Below, in pieces: positions 35,796-44,290 of a stretch of DNA of 64,000 nucleotides. Both the position numbers and the translations under genes were made by a program. The notes under the pieces are model-generated. The model saw nothing but the letters and a program-made list of their open reading frames with translations. It was not told the origin of the DNA and did no database searches. Every line of letters begins with the position of its first letter. Positions within the stretch are counted from its first letter, which is position 1. Source of the DNA: Patescibacteria group bacterium (lineage in GTDB: Bacteria > Patescibacteriota > Minisyncoccia > Phycocordibacterales > BOKC01); contig JBBTWE010000001.1 in NCBI GenBank assembly GCA_038062955.1, positions 182,304 to 246,303 on the forward strand. Reading direction: 5' to 3'.

Positions 35796-38456
35796 ATGCT
35801 TTCTAATGGGATGAATTCTAAAAATTGGCATTCTGGTTCGCTTAAAGATTTGACCAAAGAGTTAGGGGCAGATATTACCAGTGGTTTGTCGACAAAAGAG
35901 GTTTCAGACAGAAAACTTAATGTGGGACCAAACGTTTTGCCTCGTGGGAAAGTTGTGCATTGGTGGGAGATGCTTTTTGAGCAGTTTAAAAATCCGCTCA
36001 TCATAATTCTTTTAATCGCCGCTCTGATTACTTTTCTGCTTGATGAAAAATTAGACACTCTTGTCATCATGCTTGCGGTTACAGTAAACATCGCGATTAG
36101 TTTTTGGCAGGAATTTCGTTCTAATAATATTTTTGAAAAGCTCCAGAAACTCATAACAATAACTACGAGAGTTAAGAGAAATGGAAAGCTTTACGAAGTT
36201 AATTCGGAAGATTTGGTCCCGGGAGATATTATTCTGCTTTATTCTGGTGTCAAAATCCCAGCTGATGCCAGGCTTATTAGTGCGGATGATTTGGAGGTTA
36301 ACGAAGCGCTTCTCACAGGTGAATCGGTGCCAGTAAAAAAGAAAGTAGAAGATGGAATTTCCGCAAACACAGCTTTGGCTGATCGGGTCAATATGGTTTA
36401 CACCGGTACAACAGTAGAAAAAGGGACGGCAGAAGCCGTTGTGGTTGCCATAGGTTCTCACACAGAACTTGGACAAATTGCTTTGCTCACAACTAATGTG
36501 ACAGACCAAAAAACGCCGCTTCAGGAGCGTTTGGCTAATTTAGGTAAAAAAATCACAATTTTTGTTGTTATCCTGGCAATAATAATTTTCGCTGTCGGAA
36601 TTTTTGAACAAGGAAAACTCACGGGGGCAAAATTTGTAGAAATGTTTACTTTGGCTGTTGCCGTTGCCGTTGCCGCCATACCTGAAGGTTTGCCAGCCGC
36701 GCTTTCCATCGTGCTTGCAGTTGCTTCCCAAAAAATATTAAAGAAAAAAGGGTTGGTTAAAACCTTAATCGGAGCTGAAACTCTTGGTTCTACCACTGTT
36801 ATTTGCACAGACAAAACAGGAACACTCACAAAGGGTGTGATGACAGTAGAAAGTGTGCATCATGTAAAAGATGAGAAAAAGGCCGCGCTCATCATGGCTT
36901 TCTCAAATGAAGCAGAGATTATTGAGGGAGGAAAAGTGAGCGGAGAGACAACAGACAAAGCAAAACTTGAATATTATTTGGAACACGGTGGTAATTTGAA
37001 GGAAGATTTGGCGGCTACACCTAGACTTGCGATCTTGCCTTTTAATTCTGAAGACAAATTCATTGCCGCTTTTCATAAATTAGAAAACGGATATGCGGGA
37101 ATGTACGTGTCCGGCGCTCCGGAAAAGTTACTTCAAGTTTCAACTTGCGATGAGGCAGAGAAAAAAGAAATTTCAGAAGAAATATTGGAATTGGCAGGAA
37201 AAGGGTTTCGTCTCATTGGTTTATTCGAGCGAAAATTATCGCCACTTCTTGGTTTGAATTTTAAAAAACAGGAATCTCTGCGAAGCGCGGTTACCCAACT
37301 TGAATTTGTTGGCATTGCGGCTATCAGGGATCCAATTCGCGCGGACGTGAATGAGTCTATGGCTTTGGTTCGTGGCGCGGGAATAAGAGTAATTATGATT
37401 ACTGGAGATCATAAACTCACAGCTCGAGCTATTGGAGATGAATTGAAATTCCGAACAGGAGATAAAAATATTGTTGATGGAATTGAATTGGATAATTTAT
37501 CTAAAGAAGAACTCCGAAAAAGAATTGTTGATATTGATATTATTTCGCGTGCAAATCCAAGTCATAAGATGCTCATTATTGAAGCTCTGCGGGCCAATGG
37601 CGAAGTTGTGGCGATGACCGGGGACGGGGTAAACGACGCTCCAGCGCTTCGCAGTTCTGACATCGGGATTGCTTTGGGATCCGGAACAGATGTGACCAAG
37701 GAAGCATCTGACCTTGTTTTGGTTGATGACAGTTTTTCCACGATTGTTGCGGCAATTCGCCAAGGCAGAATCGCTTTTGATAATATTCGCAAGGTTACAA
37801 TTTTTGCTTTGACCGACAGCTTTACAGAGGTAATCATTATCCTCACGTCGCTCATCATGGGTTTGCCATATCTCGCAATAACCGCAGTCCAGATTCTTTG
37901 GGCCAATCTGATCGAGGATGGACTCCCCGCTTTGTCGCTTGCCTTTGATCCTGGAGAGAAAGACATTATGAGGCGGATGCCATTTAAACGTGTTGAACCA
38001 ATTATAAATAGGTTGGGACTTTATATAATCGGTCTTGTTGGGATTGTTAGTGATTTTGTTTTGGTTGGTTTGTTTATCTGGCTCGCAAAATTTTCAGGGT
38101 ACGATGTTCTCCATATTCAAACTATTATGTTTGCGGCTCTCGGAATGGATACACTCATCTTTATATTTTCTATTAAAACACTTCACAAATCGGCCTTTAG
38201 CAGAGAAGCCCTAAATAATAAATATCTTCTTATTGCAGTTGGGGTCGGTTTTGTCTTGATGTTTAGCGCTATCTACGTGCCATTTCTAAATACACTCCTT
38301 GGCACAATGCCACTTGGAATTTTTGCTCTCTCGCTTGCTTTGGGAACAGGGGTCTTTAGATTAATCTTTATTGAGGTTGTGAAAGCCTATATGCGAAAAA
38401 AAGAGTACTTTAAAATGCATCACACTACAGTTGTAAAATGGGATCACAGGGTCTAG
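35796..38456 (+). CDS. cation-transporting P-type ATPase (P2-type, Ca2+/Mg2+-like)
   Basis: ICTDKTGTLT (DKTGT phosphorylation site), MTGDGVNDAPAL, TGES, 10 TM. Confidence 0.9.
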   Translation: MLSNGMNSKNWHSGSLKDLTKELGADITSGLSTKEVSDRKLNVGPNVLPRGKVVHWWEMLFEQFKNPLIIILLIAALITFLLDEKLDTLVIMLAVTVNIAISFWQEFRSNNIFEKLQKLITITTRVKRNGKLYEVNSEDLVPGDIILLYSGVKIPADARLISADDLEVNEALLTGESVPVKKKVEDGISANTALADRVNMVYTGTTVEKGTAEAVVVAIGSHTELGQIALLTTNVTDQKTPLQERLANLGKKITIFVVILAIIIFAVGIFEQGKLTGAKFVEMFTLAVAVAVAAIPEGLPAALSIVLAVASQKILKKKGLVKTLIGAETLGSTTVICTDKTGTLTKGVMTVESVHHVKDEKKAALIMAFSNEAEIIEGGKVSGETTDKAKLEYYLEHGGNLKEDLAATPRLAILPFNSEDKFIAAFHKLENGYAGMYVSGAPEKLLQVSTCDEAEKKEISEEILELAGKGFRLIGLFERKLSPLLGLNFKKQESLRSAVTQLEFVGIAAIRDPIRADVNESMALVRGAGIRVIMITGDHKLTARAIGDELKFRTGDKNIVDGIELDNLSKEELRKRIVDIDIISRANPSHKMLIIEALRANGEVVAMTGDGVNDAPALRSSDIGIALGSGTDVTKEASDLVLVDDSFSTIVAAIRQGRIAFDNIRKVTIFALTDSFTEVIIILTSLIMGLPYLAITAVQILWANLIEDGLPALSLAFDPGEKDIMRRMPFKRVEPIINRLGLYIIGLVGIVSDFVLVGLFIWLAKFSGYDVLHIQTIMFAALGMDTLIFIFSIKTLHKSAFSREALNNKYLLIAVGVGFVLMFSAIYVPFLNTLLGTMPLGIFALSLALGTGVFRLIFIEVVKAYMRKKEYFKMHHTTVVKWDHRV

Positions 38457-38499
38457 TTGATAAAAAGATTCCACAAAGGAAATACTCGTTCTTTCAGGT

Positions 38500-39069
38500 C
38501 TACAATACTTTGAATCTCTGGATAAAGTAGTAGTAAATCTTATAAGTTATAAAACCAATAAGTGCTCCAAGAAGTATTCCTCCAAGAATGTCTGATGGAT
38601 AATGAACGCCTCCAGCAATACGACCTAAGCCCACGAGAAGCCCTGAAACAAAAATAAAATAAGCTAATTTTTTGTTGAAAAAATACGTAGCGGTGCCGAG
38701 AGCGAATAAAAATATTGTGTGGCCAGATGGGAATGAATAAGAGTCATTTATAAGTAAATGCTCGAGTGATAATGCCAGAAAGGGTCTTGGACGATGATAA
38801 AAATAGCGAAATAGGACGATTACTCCAAAGCGGGCGATAATTGCCGCGATAATTGCGGTAACGTAAGGATAAACATTTTTAATGACACTTTTTCCATTTT
38901 TGTATAAAAAATAACCAAAAACAATAACTACCAAATAGACCAGATATTCTCCAAAAAATACGATGATAAAATCACCGGCCTTCGAATTTCCAGCTAGATT
39001 ATGGAAAAAGCGAAAGATAGATTGATCAATGCCCCTCACGTAATTTGTAAAATTTATTAACATACTCAT
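38500..39069 (-). CDS. PAP2-family phosphatase (undecaprenyl-diphosphatase/phosphatidic acid phosphatase-like)
   Basis: YHRPRP..., FPSGHT, GRIAGGVHYPSDIL motifs. Confidence 0.75.
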   Translation of the reverse strand: MSMLINFTNYVRGIDQSIFRFFHNLAGNSKAGDFIIVFFGEYLVYLVVIVFGYFLYKNGKSVIKNVYPYVTAIIAAIIARFGVIVLFRYFYHRPRPFLALSLEHLLINDSYSFPSGHTIFLFALGTATYFFNKKLAYFIFVSGLLVGLGRIAGGVHYPSDILGGILLGALIGFITYKIYYYFIQRFKVL

Positions 39070-39272
39070 TATTCTTCTGTTCCAGTATCTCGTTTTATTT
39101 GTTCAAATTCATTTTCAATTTCAGACAATCGTTTCTTGCACAATTTTACCAGTTCTGCCCCATCTTTAATACGCAAGAGGCCTGCTTCCACATCCACTTC
39201 ATCCTGTTTTTCAAACCAATTCACAATATCATCTAATTTTTTGAGCGATTCTTTTAAATTTATTTTTGTCAT
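39069..39272 (-). CDS. xseB: exodeoxyribonuclease VII small subunit
   Basis: MTKINLKESLKKLDDIVNWFEKQD...; 67 aa; directly downstream of xseA. Confidence 0.8.
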   Translation of the reverse strand: MTKINLKESLKKLDDIVNWFEKQDEVDVEAGLLRIKDGAELVKLCKKRLSEIENEFEQIKRDTGTEE

Positions 39273-39275
39273 ATT

Positions 39276-40775
39276 TTAATCTATGTTTGTTACTTTAGAA
39301 TCAAAACTGCCATCTAACACTTTTATATTCACTAAATCATCTTTTTTTATTTGCGATACATTGCGCACAATTCTATTTCCTGCCTTCACAATACTATACC
39401 CTAAATTTAATTGCCTATCAGGATCGTGCGTTTGAAGCAATTTTTGTGAAGTTTCAAGCCTTAAAATGATTTTTTTAGTGCTTTCTTCAAAGAGTCGAAC
39501 CCCAGTGCTTAGAAATGAAGATAAGTTTTTGTTTATTTCCGTAAATCGAAGACGCATTGAAACAAAAGCTTGTTTTAAGGCACTTTGTGCCCGATCAAAC
39601 CTTTGGAAAATCGCATTAAAACTTTCTTTCATAATTTCCAGTGCTCGTGTTACGGCATCTTTATTGCTTAACAGACCGCTTTCAAAAATAGAGAAAATCT
39701 TTTTTTGCAACATTTCAATCTTAAAGACTATCTTTTCCCACGATTCGTTCAAGGCTTTGGCGGCCGCGGTTGGTGTTGAAACCATTCTATCAGAAACTAA
39801 TGCGAAAAGTGGTACATCTTTCTCATGACCAATACCCGCGAGAACCGGCACAGGAAAATCCACAATTTCTCGAATAAGAGTTTCGTTATTAAAAGGTAAA
39901 AGTGATTCCATAGATCCGCCTCCACGCATAATTACAAGCACGTCAATATCCTTTTTTTTGCGAAAAGTGCGGAGAGATCCTAGAAGCTGTTTGATTGCTA
40001 GTTGCCCCTCGACCCTCGAATCAATAAGAGAAATTTTGAAACCGAACTTTCCAATATTGGCTAGAAAATCACCTATGGCCGCTCCTTCTTTGGAAGTAAT
40101 TATGCCGATCCTTTGTGGAAAATTTGGTAAAGCTCTTTTTCGTTCAATTTTGAATAAACCCTCACTTTCCAATTTCTTTTTAAGCTCGTCGTACGCTTTT
40201 TTAAGTGCGCCTTCTCCCACAAGTTCAACAGTTTCAGTCCTAAAAGTAAATTTACCTGTTGGTTTATGCACTTCAGGGAATCCAGATACAACTATTTCCA
40301 TTCCCTCGAGTAAATTAACCCCAGACATTTGATAGGAATTCTGCCACATGAAACAGCTTAAAATACTCTTGTCGATTTTGTCTTTCAAGGAAAAAAATAA
40401 ATAAGTTCCTCGAATATCTAAACTACTAATTTCTCCCTGAATTCTGGCGTTTTGTTTTTCCAGACTTTTATTGATTAAAGTTAAATATGTGCCAACCGAA
40501 TACAGAATACTTTGATCGGTTTCATTTTTTATATTGGCTTCTTTCTCATCAAAATCTAAATTTCCATTTACCAAAGATAATATTGAGGCTCCATACTTTT
40601 CAAACTTTTTTTCTTTAATTCCTTTTATACCGATAAGTTCTTCTTTTGATTTTGGCCCAACTTCTAAAATCATCCTCATCGTTTCATTAGAAAAGACCCG
40701 ATAGGCTTCAACACCCTCTTTTTTGGCTGTTTGATTCCGCCAAGCCAGTAATTTTCGAAATAAAGTGTGATCCAT
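39276..40775 (-). CDS. xseA: exodeoxyribonuclease VII large subunit with an N-terminal HRDC-like domain
   Basis: LFRKLLAWRNQTAKKEGVEAYRVFSNETMRMILEVGPKSKEELIGIKGIKEKKFEKYG (HRDC-like), then OB-fold and XseA catalytic region (IGIITSKEGAAIGDF...MRGGGS...); the start is ATGGAT at 40773-40775, which is the MITE target-site duplication. Confidence 0.8.
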   Translation of the reverse strand: MDHTLFRKLLAWRNQTAKKEGVEAYRVFSNETMRMILEVGPKSKEELIGIKGIKEKKFEKYGASILSLVNGNLDFDEKEANIKNETDQSILYSVGTYLTLINKSLEKQNARIQGEISSLDIRGTYLFFSLKDKIDKSILSCFMWQNSYQMSGVNLLEGMEIVVSGFPEVHKPTGKFTFRTETVELVGEGALKKAYDELKKKLESEGLFKIERKRALPNFPQRIGIITSKEGAAIGDFLANIGKFGFKISLIDSRVEGQLAIKQLLGSLRTFRKKKDIDVLVIMRGGGSMESLLPFNNETLIREIVDFPVPVLAGIGHEKDVPLFALVSDRMVSTPTAAAKALNESWEKIVFKIEMLQKKIFSIFESGLLSNKDAVTRALEIMKESFNAIFQRFDRAQSALKQAFVSMRLRFTEINKNLSSFLSTGVRLFEESTKKIILRLETSQKLLQTHDPDRQLNLGYSIVKAGNRIVRNVSQIKKDDLVNIKVLDGSFDSKVTNID

Positions 40776-40917
40776 CCCGTTAGTGAAAAATGGCATTATT
40801 TGCTCGCCGTTTTTATTTTAATGAGTAATATCATCTATGATACAAAATTTAACACACCCCCAAAATTATTTCTCGCAAATAAGAGCTATGCCATTTTCTA
40901 CTACGGGATCCATGAAG
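40776..40917. mobile_element. MITE-like element copy 4 (142 bp; exact 6-bp target-site duplication ATCCAT at 40770-40775 and 40918-40923)
   Basis: terminal inverted repeat cccgttagtgaaaaatggcat / atgccattttctactacggg; the left target-site duplication is the ATG of xseA. Confidence 0.75.
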
Positions 40918-40956
40918 CTTTTGACTTTAGGGTCAAAAAGACAATCTTACAATTAT

Positions 40957-41012
40957 ATCATAAAGATAAAAACCCTTGTTTTTAGGCCTAGTTATGGAAT
41001 TAGGAGGATTTT
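40957..41012. repeat. about 55-bp direct repeat (second copy 41538-41596, about 85% identical), each followed by a TTGACA promoter
   Basis: acaattatatcataaagataaaaa(c/g)c(c/t)ttgtttttag... aligned by eye. Confidence 0.65.
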
Positions 41013-41026
41013 ATAGAAAATTCGCT

Positions 41027-41055
41027 TGACAATAAACTAGATGTGTGTATAATAT
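41027..41055 (+). promoter_or_regulatory. near-consensus sigma70-type promoter TTGACA-N16-TATAAT with TGn
   Basis: cgcTTGACAataaactagatgtgTGtgTATAATatac. Confidence 0.6.
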
Positions 41056-41064
41056 ACAAGGATA

Positions 41065-41478
41065 CGTTCGGCGCCAAATCCTTAAATGGCGAACACATGT
41101 CACTACGGGGTACAGCGATATGTGAGGCCAGCGTAGTATGTTTTCTCTCCCCATCCGACATACCACAAACGGTAACGGAAGAAGAAAGAGAAATAAGTTC
41201 CAGGCCGTGTCTCCATCCTGGAACGAAGCAAAAAAGAGACAACAAAAAAGACAAATTCTGCTATGATCCCGGGAAAGTTCCCGTGCGATCGAAGGTTCTA
41301 GACGGTGAGAATCTGTTCGCGATCCCGGGTTAAATCCTGGGCGAACATAAGGCCAAGATGCCACAACCGAGCACCCTGAGGATTGGTCTCCTCGCGTCCC
41401 ATAGGCCGCGTACTGGGTGATGATACTTTGACCACGGGCCGGAGCAACGATTCAGTCGTTTGCTTCGGCCCTTTTTTA
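41065..41478 (+). ncRNA. promoter/terminator-bounded GC-rich transcription unit (about 410 nt): structured ncRNA candidate, or a 79-aa Cys-containing small protein without a ribosome-binding site
   Basis: near-consensus TTGACA-N16(TGtG)-TATAAT at 41027-41055; multiple perfect hairpins (gttccagg...cctggaac, gttcgc...gcgaac); terminator gggccgg...cggccc plus T6 at 41436-41478; no RNase P / tmRNA / SRP signatures. Confidence 0.4.
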
Positions 41479-41665
41479 TTGCAAATTTTTAGGTATTTGT
41501 AGATGTGTGATGCGAATAAAAAGCAAAAAAGCGAATATAACAATTATATCATAAAGATAAAAAGCTTTGTTTTTAGACGTTTTTGTGGAATTATGCTAAT
41601 TTTACTTGACATTTTCCTGTATTATGATATTATCTAAATAGAACATCCAACCCACAGGAGGACTT

Positions 41666-41941
41666 ATGGAACCATACATGATGAAAAGGGCAGATGTAGA
41701 GGTCATGCTCATCTACATCAGAAGTGGCCTAATCCATCAGCATCAAGAAACAAACCGTAGTGACTTGATTGCAATTTTCGAAGCTGCACTTGCCGTTGCC
41801 GATCCGAAGCACTCGGGTAAGTACGTTTTTGTCAATTTCGGAGAGGGAGACCGTTACCATGACTTGTGGCATCAATACGGTGACCTGATCCGGGAGATCT
41901 GCTTCAGATACGAAACCATGCGGCAAGGTGGAAGACCCTAG
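41666..41941 (+). CDS. hypothetical protein (GC-rich island K2, 91 aa)
   Basis: TTGACA promoter (duplicated module) plus perfect ribosome-binding site AGGAGGacttATG. Confidence 0.5.
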   Translation: MEPYMMKRADVEVMLIYIRSGLIHQHQETNRSDLIAIFEAALAVADPKHSGKYVFVNFGEGDRYHDLWHQYGDLIREICFRYETMRQGGRP

Positions 41942-42026
41942 GCTGCTCTGTCACAACCGTCACCAACAAAGAGAACTGTCTCTGCGTTCGGGGCGGTTTT
42001 CTTTTATACAAAATTCTTCTAATTCC

Positions 42027-42590
42027 TTAGAAAAGATCTCGGAGAAGGTATCCGACACTAAAAGAAATTACTGCGGCGAGGCCACCAATAAGAAAGCTTT
42101 CGATAGCGGAATGAATCTTCCCCTTTTTTGTTATCACTGCTTTTATAAATCCAATCACTAAAAATGCAACACCTGTCAAAATGGCCGAGATAACAAATTT
42201 ATTTTGATCAATATAAAAATTAAGCGGAGCAATTACAAAAGAAAATAACGGAATGAATCCAACTATTACAAAAGAGAAGAATGTGGCGATAGCCGTTTTT
42301 ATCGGTCTTTTATGATTTATATTTCTACCCCCGTCTAAGTCTCTCTGTGATTTGGTTGAAAGATAGTTTGAGGAAGCCATCGAAAAACCGTCAGCCAATA
42401 AGTTAGCAAAACCTAAGATTAAAATTACTTTGGCGCTCAAAACAGCTCCGACTGCTCCAGCAATAATAGCGAATGTCGTTACTGCTCCGTCGGTTGCTCC
42501 ATAGACAAATTCAGCCAAATATTTCTTTGACGTTGGTTCCGAGCAATCTTTAGGGTTGTAGGATGTCTTCTGTTCGTCCATTGATTCCAA
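42027..42590 (-). CDS. VIT1/CCC1-family (DUF125) membrane protein
   Basis: FVYGATDGAVTTFAIIAG... motif, 5 TM. Confidence 0.7.
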   Translation of the reverse strand: MESMDEQKTSYNPKDCSEPTSKKYLAEFVYGATDGAVTTFAIIAGAVGAVLSAKVILILGFANLLADGFSMASSNYLSTKSQRDLDGGRNINHKRPIKTAIATFFSFVIVGFIPLFSFVIAPLNFYIDQNKFVISAILTGVAFLVIGFIKAVITKKGKIHSAIESFLIGGLAAVISFSVGYLLRDLF

Positions 42591-42990
42591 TTATTACTTC
42601 GCTAATACTATCAAATTGTTTTAAAGTCTTTTCGATTTGTTCTCGTATTACCAAAACCTGCATCGAACCCGCAATCCCCCTTTCAAGCTCCTCGCTAAAA
42701 TCAACTTCGGCCGTCTTGTTTTCTATTTTGAAACTTTGAATTTTTACGCCTTTTGGTATAACACTAAAATATTTTTCAGGTTCTGCCGGACCTTTTAAAA
42801 GCTCTACAAGAGTGTTTTTTTCGGCATTTTCCTTGTCTACTTGTATTTGAACAGCAACAACTTCTTCACTTCCCGCTTTTACAAAAAACAAAGAAACTTC
42901 TTCCGAATTATCTTTTAAAATAAAGTAAATCCCAAAAACTATTACTGCAATCAGAATTAAAATTACTAGTTTTTTCATATCTTGACCCAA
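42550..42990 (-). CDS. GerMN-domain lipoprotein-like protein
   Basis: N-terminal signal/TM, ELLKGP...VDFSEE GerMN-type motifs. Confidence 0.55.
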   Translation of the reverse strand: MGQDMKKLVILILIAVIVFGIYFILKDNSEEVSLFFVKAGSEEVVAVQIQVDKENAEKNTLVELLKGPAEPEKYFSVIPKGVKIQSFKIENKTAEVDFSEELERGIAGSMQVLVIREQIEKTLKQFDSISEVIIGINGRTEDILQP

Positions 42991-43015
42991 GTATTATATC
43001 AAAATTTTGTATAAA

Positions 43016-43064
43016 AAAAGCGCCTCGCGTTTAAATCGTTTTCACGAATTTCCGCAAGGCACTT
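43016..43064 (-). terminator. intrinsic terminator of island L, homologous to 13797-13845
   Basis: gtgccttgcggaaattcgtgaaaacgatttaaacgcgaggcgc plus T7 on the minus strand. Confidence 0.65.
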
Positions 43065-43083
43065 TGACGTACGACTACCGCAC

Positions 43084-43518
43084 TCAATCTGGGAGAATGG
43101 ATGCCGGAATCGGGATGGCCACGCAACGGATTTGGCGGTCTGGAATGGTTACCAGTTGCCAGTTCTCGCGCAGGCCGATCTGTTCTGTGTTGACAATCTC
43201 AGGGAATGTATGCCGCACACTGTGCCAGAAACAAGAGTGGGCAAGGTCGAATCGATTTCTGATCACCCCAAGTGCTCTTGTGGCATCGTTTGTCTGCCTC
43301 TCATCCAGATCGAGAAGACTCCCCAACTTCGAGATCCGGTGCTTGAGCTCACCGCGTTCGTTTTCCGCGATTCTCATGACCGTGTAGAGACGCTTGAGAT
43401 CGTCCGGCAACGTGCCGATGACTTTCTCGCCCTCCTCCACCTTCCCCGTCGGACATTGAATATCCGCGAGAGGAACGCCCTCTGCCCGACTCAAGATTTC
43501 CTTCAGTAGCACTGTCAT
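43084..43518 (-). CDS. hypothetical protein (GC-rich island L gene 3, 144 aa)
   Basis: own TTGACA-N17-TAATAT promoter and ribosome-binding site AAGGAGGGcaaaATG; its terminator is homologous to the island C terminator. Confidence 0.5.
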   Translation of the reverse strand: MTVLLKEILSRAEGVPLADIQCPTGKVEEGEKVIGTLPDDLKRLYTVMRIAENERGELKHRISKLGSLLDLDERQTNDATRALGVIRNRFDLAHSCFWHSVRHTFPEIVNTEQIGLRENWQLVTIPDRQIRCVAIPIPASILPD

Positions 43519-43615
43519 TTTGCCCTCCTTGTGGGCTTGGAACTATTTCCGAGGAAGATATTAGTATACCTTTAGAATAATGTCAAATAGTGAGAATTTT
43601 AATAAAAAAACGGCC

Positions 43616-43912
43616 TCAACGCGTTTGCGCCAAGACCGTGAAAACTGCCACAAGAACAAGCAAGAAGAGCAAATCGAGAATAGCACGAGTTCTGTGCCGA
43701 ATCATCATCGGTTTTTGCGGAAGACGTTCTAGGACATCAGCGGGAACCTTCATGATGCAACCTAGTTCATCTCTGTGCAAGATCGGCACACATCCAAAGG
43801 GAACTGCGTCGGCTGGAAATGCGACCACCCTTGCTAGGCGATCTCGATATCTTACGATATCTCCACACTTGAATCTTCCTGCCCACACGGTGTTGTATGT
43901 TCTGTGAGCCAT
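43616..43912 (-). CDS. hypothetical protein with C-terminal TM (island L gene 2, 98 aa)
   Basis: GC-rich ORF, translationally adjacent to gene 1 (3-nt spacer). Confidence 0.45.
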   Translation of the reverse strand: MAHRTYNTVWAGRFKCGDIVRYRDRLARVVAFPADAVPFGCVPILHRDELGCIMKVPADVLERLPQKPMMIRHRTRAILDLLFLLVLVAVFTVLAQTR

Positions 43913-43914
43913 TC

Positions 43915-44112
43915 TTACCCCTCCTGTTGTTCGTGATCTGATGCTGGTCTATTCCTTCTCAACCTGCCTTCAGCAAGCCTTCGTTCGTGTTCTTCTGTTG
44001 TAACACAGAGGCATTCGCCATCCTCGCATTGTTCACGATGCGTATCTTGAATGCATCTGGTTAGACCATCAAGCTGTGCCTTTGAGAGAAGGCCGTTATT
44101 GTTCATGACCAC
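43915..44112 (-). CDS. hypothetical Cys-rich small protein (island L gene 1, 65 aa)
   Basis: C-x(9)-C-x(5)-C-x-C; perfect ribosome-binding site AAGGAGGTGgtcATG. Confidence 0.45.
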   Translation of the reverse strand: MVMNNNGLLSKAQLDGLTRCIQDTHREQCEDGECLCVTTEEHERRLAEGRLRRNRPASDHEQQEG

Positions 44113-44216
44113 CTCCTTTTGTGACGTGTATGTTCTAGGACGATAACATTATGCCATCGTCTCATCCGTTTTGATAGTAGTATATGTAATATAAAAAGTC
44201 TAGAGAAAATTATTTT

Positions 44217-44290
44217 TGGTGGACCTAGCGAGAATCGAACTCGCGCCTCTACAATGCGAATGTAGCATTTTACCACTGAACTATAGGCCC
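44217..44290 (-). tRNA. tRNA-Ala (anticodon CGC), CCA encoded
   Basis: revcomp is GGGCCTATAGTTCAGTGGTAAAATGCTACATTCGCATTGTAGAGGCGCGAGTTCGATTCTCGCTAGGTCCACCA; G3:U70; anticodon loop UUCGCAU. Confidence 0.85.

Noticed and set aside
41065-41478. RNase P RNA, tmRNA, SRP or 6S identity for the 410-nt GC-rich unit
   Set aside because: There is a GGGAAAGUUCCCG stretch, but it lacks the P4 GGAAAGUCCGGGC / ACAGAANCCGGCUUA pair and is mid-transcript. No tRNA-like 3' end (GGTTCGANTCC...CCA), no ANDENYALAA-type tag frame and no SRP domain IV motif. Left as unclassified.
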